This document shows, in pieces, positions 60,848 to 64,000 of a stretch of DNA of 64,000 bases. The position numbers and the translations under genes were made by a program. The first letter of the stretch is position 1. Every line of letters starts with the position of its first letter. The DNA is taken from NCBI RefSeq assembly GCF_032191835.1, contig NC_083230.1:32364001-32428000 (forward strand), given 5' to 3'. Under the pieces are notes generated by a model. It saw only the letters and a list, made by a program, of their open reading frames with translations. It searched no databases and was not told where the DNA came from. This DNA is from Heteronotia binoei (taxonomy: Eukaryota).

Positions 60848-61304
60848 CAGGCCTCAGATTCATCAAGAGCTCACAGGAGCACAGTTCCTGAACCTTTCTG
60901 AGGGTTCCCCCTCCTCGTCCCCACATACCTTGTCCATTGAATAGTAGGTGCAGCTGCATAACAATCCCTGGATTAGGAGAACAGGCAGCCAGCCAGTCAC
61001 CAGGGGCTTTGCCATGCCCCCAGTCGCCTTCATTAAACCCTGAAGAAGCCCACGCCACCCTTTCTCCACTTCTTATGTGATTTTGGGCAGAGGGTGGCTT
61101 GCTGGCCTTTTGATTGGGGGGGGGGGCAGCTCAGGAGAGCCCCAGGCAAGCAAGACCTGCTTGGGCTGGCTGGATCTCTAGCCAGCCCAAGCAGGCCTTG
61201 CTTGCCCAGGGCTCTCCTTTCTTGCATAGGGTTGCTTTTGGCTGGTGGGGGGCCAGCATATGCTAATGAGCTCCACCACCTATTTTTCTACAAAACAACC
61301 CCTG
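60848..61304. mobile_element. hAT MITE with a central 86-nt hairpin
   Basis: Perfect 8-bp TSD CTTCTATG (60840-60847 and 61305-61312). Ends CAGGCC and AACCCCTG. Confidence 0.85.
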
Positions 61305-62031
61305 CTTCTATGTCAAATTATCTCCCTGTCTATATCTACAGTTTGCAAACTCCTGACATAACCACTGCAGAAATACAGGTATCAGAAGAGATGGTGGTTG
61401 CATATACATCTTAAACTAATTTCAATATTTTAAAATGAAGCAAAGTGAAAGAACACTGAAGGGGAATAAATAATGCACTGGGACAGTTATAAGAAAACGT
61501 TTTCAGAGAACAGTTCAGAGTTCTTGAAAATGCTTCAGAAAAACAGCAAAATTCCTTCCTGCCCAGGGTTCTTTGTGAGGGAGGAAAAACAACCTTGTTC
61601 AAAGCCAAATCTCTGAATTCCTAGGGACTCATGGAACATTCAGGCAACCACAGCCCTCAAGTTAGTCCCACACCTTGTGTACTATGCTGGTTATTTGCCG
61701 TCCTGTCTGAATCACACAGTATAGCAAATAATTTTTTCCTTCTTTCTTGCAGACCAGGAATCTAAACCATGGTTTAATCTTGTGTTATGATTCTGGCTTG
61801 TAAGCAAGAAATGAGTCACAATGTGTCAACCCTGCCTTTTTTTTGTTTGTCTTGACAAATTGTGGTTAAACACTATACAAGGAAAACTCTGATTTTATTA
61901 CATCATGTGGGGGAGGAAGTGACCAGAAGACCTTTATGCTCCTTACTGTAACAACAAATGATAATACGTGATACCTGAACAGTCCTGCATTTGGATCTAA
62001 GATACCCTTATTATTATTATTATTATTATTA

Positions 62032-62272
62032 TATGGAACAGAGGTGCATCAGAGGCTATTAGCCACAAGGTATAGATGGAATTCTCTGTCTGGGGCATAT
62101 GATGCTCTTTATTCTTGGTGCTTGGGGGGCAGCATGGGAGGGGGGGCTTCTAGTGTCCTGGCCCCACTGGTTGACCTCCTGATGGCACCTGATTTTTTTG
62201 GCCACTGTGTGACAGTGTTGGACTGAATGGGCCATTGGCCTGATCCAACATGGCTTCTCTTATGTTCTTATG
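62032..62272 (+). mobile_element. CR1 3' UTR fragment next to a (TTA)n run
   Basis: GGCTATTAGCCACA..GCCACTGTGTGACA..GCCTGATCCAACATGGCTTCTCTTATGTTCTTATG, the same tail as 57941-58252. Confidence 0.85.
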
Positions 62273-64000
62273 GATCTCCCTTTAAAACCTTCTTAGAGAT
62301 CTAGCAGATGACTTTAGAAAAGCTGTGTTCTCTTTCACTTTTAGTCTCCTTACTGTAAAATGGGAGTGTCAATTATTCAGTCAAGCAGAGAGCACTAGTC
62401 TGCATTCCATCATAACGGTGAACTGATTACAGTATCTCTTCTCCTATGTGAATTGTAGCTTTGGTTTTGATTTGACCTGCACAGCCAGTTAAGCGAATTC
62501 ATAATTTGATTTTTTATTAGGTATTTCTATTAGAAATTTTTGATTGTATTTCACTTCCTCCAGCCGTGCCCCTTCACAGATAATGACGCATGTATTCTCT
62601 TTCACAATGCTTAGAGATAATCAAAGCTGGAAAACAATTACAACTTTGAAACTGCCAAGGTGGCCTAGCATTGCATTGGCTATGGCATCCATTCATTGAT
62701 ACTAATTTTATGAAACATTTTTTGAAAAATAGAAAAATTTCTAGAGAAAAATTACATACTGGGGGGAAAAAAATTCACCCTACATCTCTGTTGAGTATTG
62801 ATTTAAGAATTCTGAGCATTGTTTATACATGCACTTGACATGGAGCACCTAGTAGGGCTTAGAAGAGAAAACCTGAATCATTCTCCATTGCGGCTGCTGC
62901 AACTGTACATGTTCAAAGCAGAAGGATTAATTTGGGGGTCATACAATGGCAACAAAATTGTTAATTCACAAATAGTAATGTTCTCTATTCATCCTTCACC
63001 AAGTATAAATGTCTGCGTTCTACTGCTTGGAAAAATATTTCTACCTCTGTACCTTTCACATACACGCATGTACAGGTCTATAGGTTTTGTGGTTTGGAAT
63101 GCGAACACATTTGCTCAAGGAGCCCAAGCAGCAGATCCCAAGGGAGGGAAGGGCTCAAATCTTTTGACCAAATCAGAAATCCAGGGGAAAACAACTTTAC
63201 ATTGCTTTGATACTGTGCAAATCAGGTATTAGTTTATATGACCAGCTATCAGAAAGATAAAGAGAAAAGCATACACAAAGCATCTGGGAGTTCAATGAAA
63301 TTCTCACGAACGTTTAAGCAAACAACAAAGCCTCGCCACTTCTGCAGCATATAAGATACCAGCTGCATTCTTCATACAGCTAGACTGATATAAGTACAGT
63401 GTAAGCTAGGATTCAATTATAAAAGAAAAAGAACAAAAAATATACAATGGACCATGTGCAGAGTTCATTTGCCTTGACTTTGAGTAGCAACATTCCTGGG
63501 TTTTTAATAGAAGGAATTCATATGGGACAATTTAACTGTGTCAGCAAACAGTAAAACTGTACCGGTCACATATTTATCTCATAGTCTCCCATGATGTTCT
63601 CCTGTGCTATAGAATGGGATTTCTACAACATCAGGGTCTAAGAGCAGGACTGGGCATAAACCTAGTCCCCACTTGGTCCTTTATACAAAGAGCAGCTCCT
63701 CTGAGACTTACAAGAAGACATGATCATAAGACCCAGAGCCTACACAAGGACTTCAGAATGTGATCATTATATTCTTAAGAGCAAGGACTTTTGTTAGCAT
63801 AGCTTCTCTATTTGTTATTTCCTTATTAATTACCAATCTTCTTTTGGTAGATTTTGCTTCTCCATACTGTAGCCCCCTGAAGTGTATAGTTATTAATCTA
63901 CCTGGGTCCAATAACACCAAGGACAATATTCCCTCTATCCCCTCCCCCCAACTGAGCAGAGCAGTTCACATCTTGAGTGGAATATAACTGCTGCAATCTT

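Overview
Eukaryotic, repeat-rich vertebrate DNA. The SINE, CR1 and L2 content points to a squamate reptile, most likely a gecko (inference). The only host gene I can support is the 3' end of FOXP2 on the minus strand. Its terminal coding exon is at 21472-21616 ([10 protein letters not shown]...EEPLSEDLE*, absent from the ORF track), its ~3.9 kb 3' UTR runs down to a poly(A) signal at 17592-17597, and the preceding intron appears to fill the rest of the window (>42 kb). All eight N-blocks fall in the FOXP2 3' UTR or the adjacent unique intronic DNA and look like masking of conserved sequence rather than scaffold gaps. The rest is transposable elements: a decayed Ty3/Gypsy pol joined to a Ngaro/DIRS tyrosine-recombinase retroelement with an open SGNH-hydrolase ORF (1-5813); a Mutator (Phantom-type) element with tandem-repeat TIRs and transposase remnants that carries a full-length L1 with an 18-bp TSD (44449-52561); L2 and CR1 LINEs; Sauria, Squam2-like and Squam3-like SINEs; Penelope termini; a nested fold-back Tc2/pogo MITE; and many hAT MITEs with 8-bp TSDs, one of them MER1/Charlie3-like. 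There are no prokaryotic features, CRISPR arrays, rRNA genes or true tRNA genes. Family names come from recalled consensus motifs and were not checked against any database.
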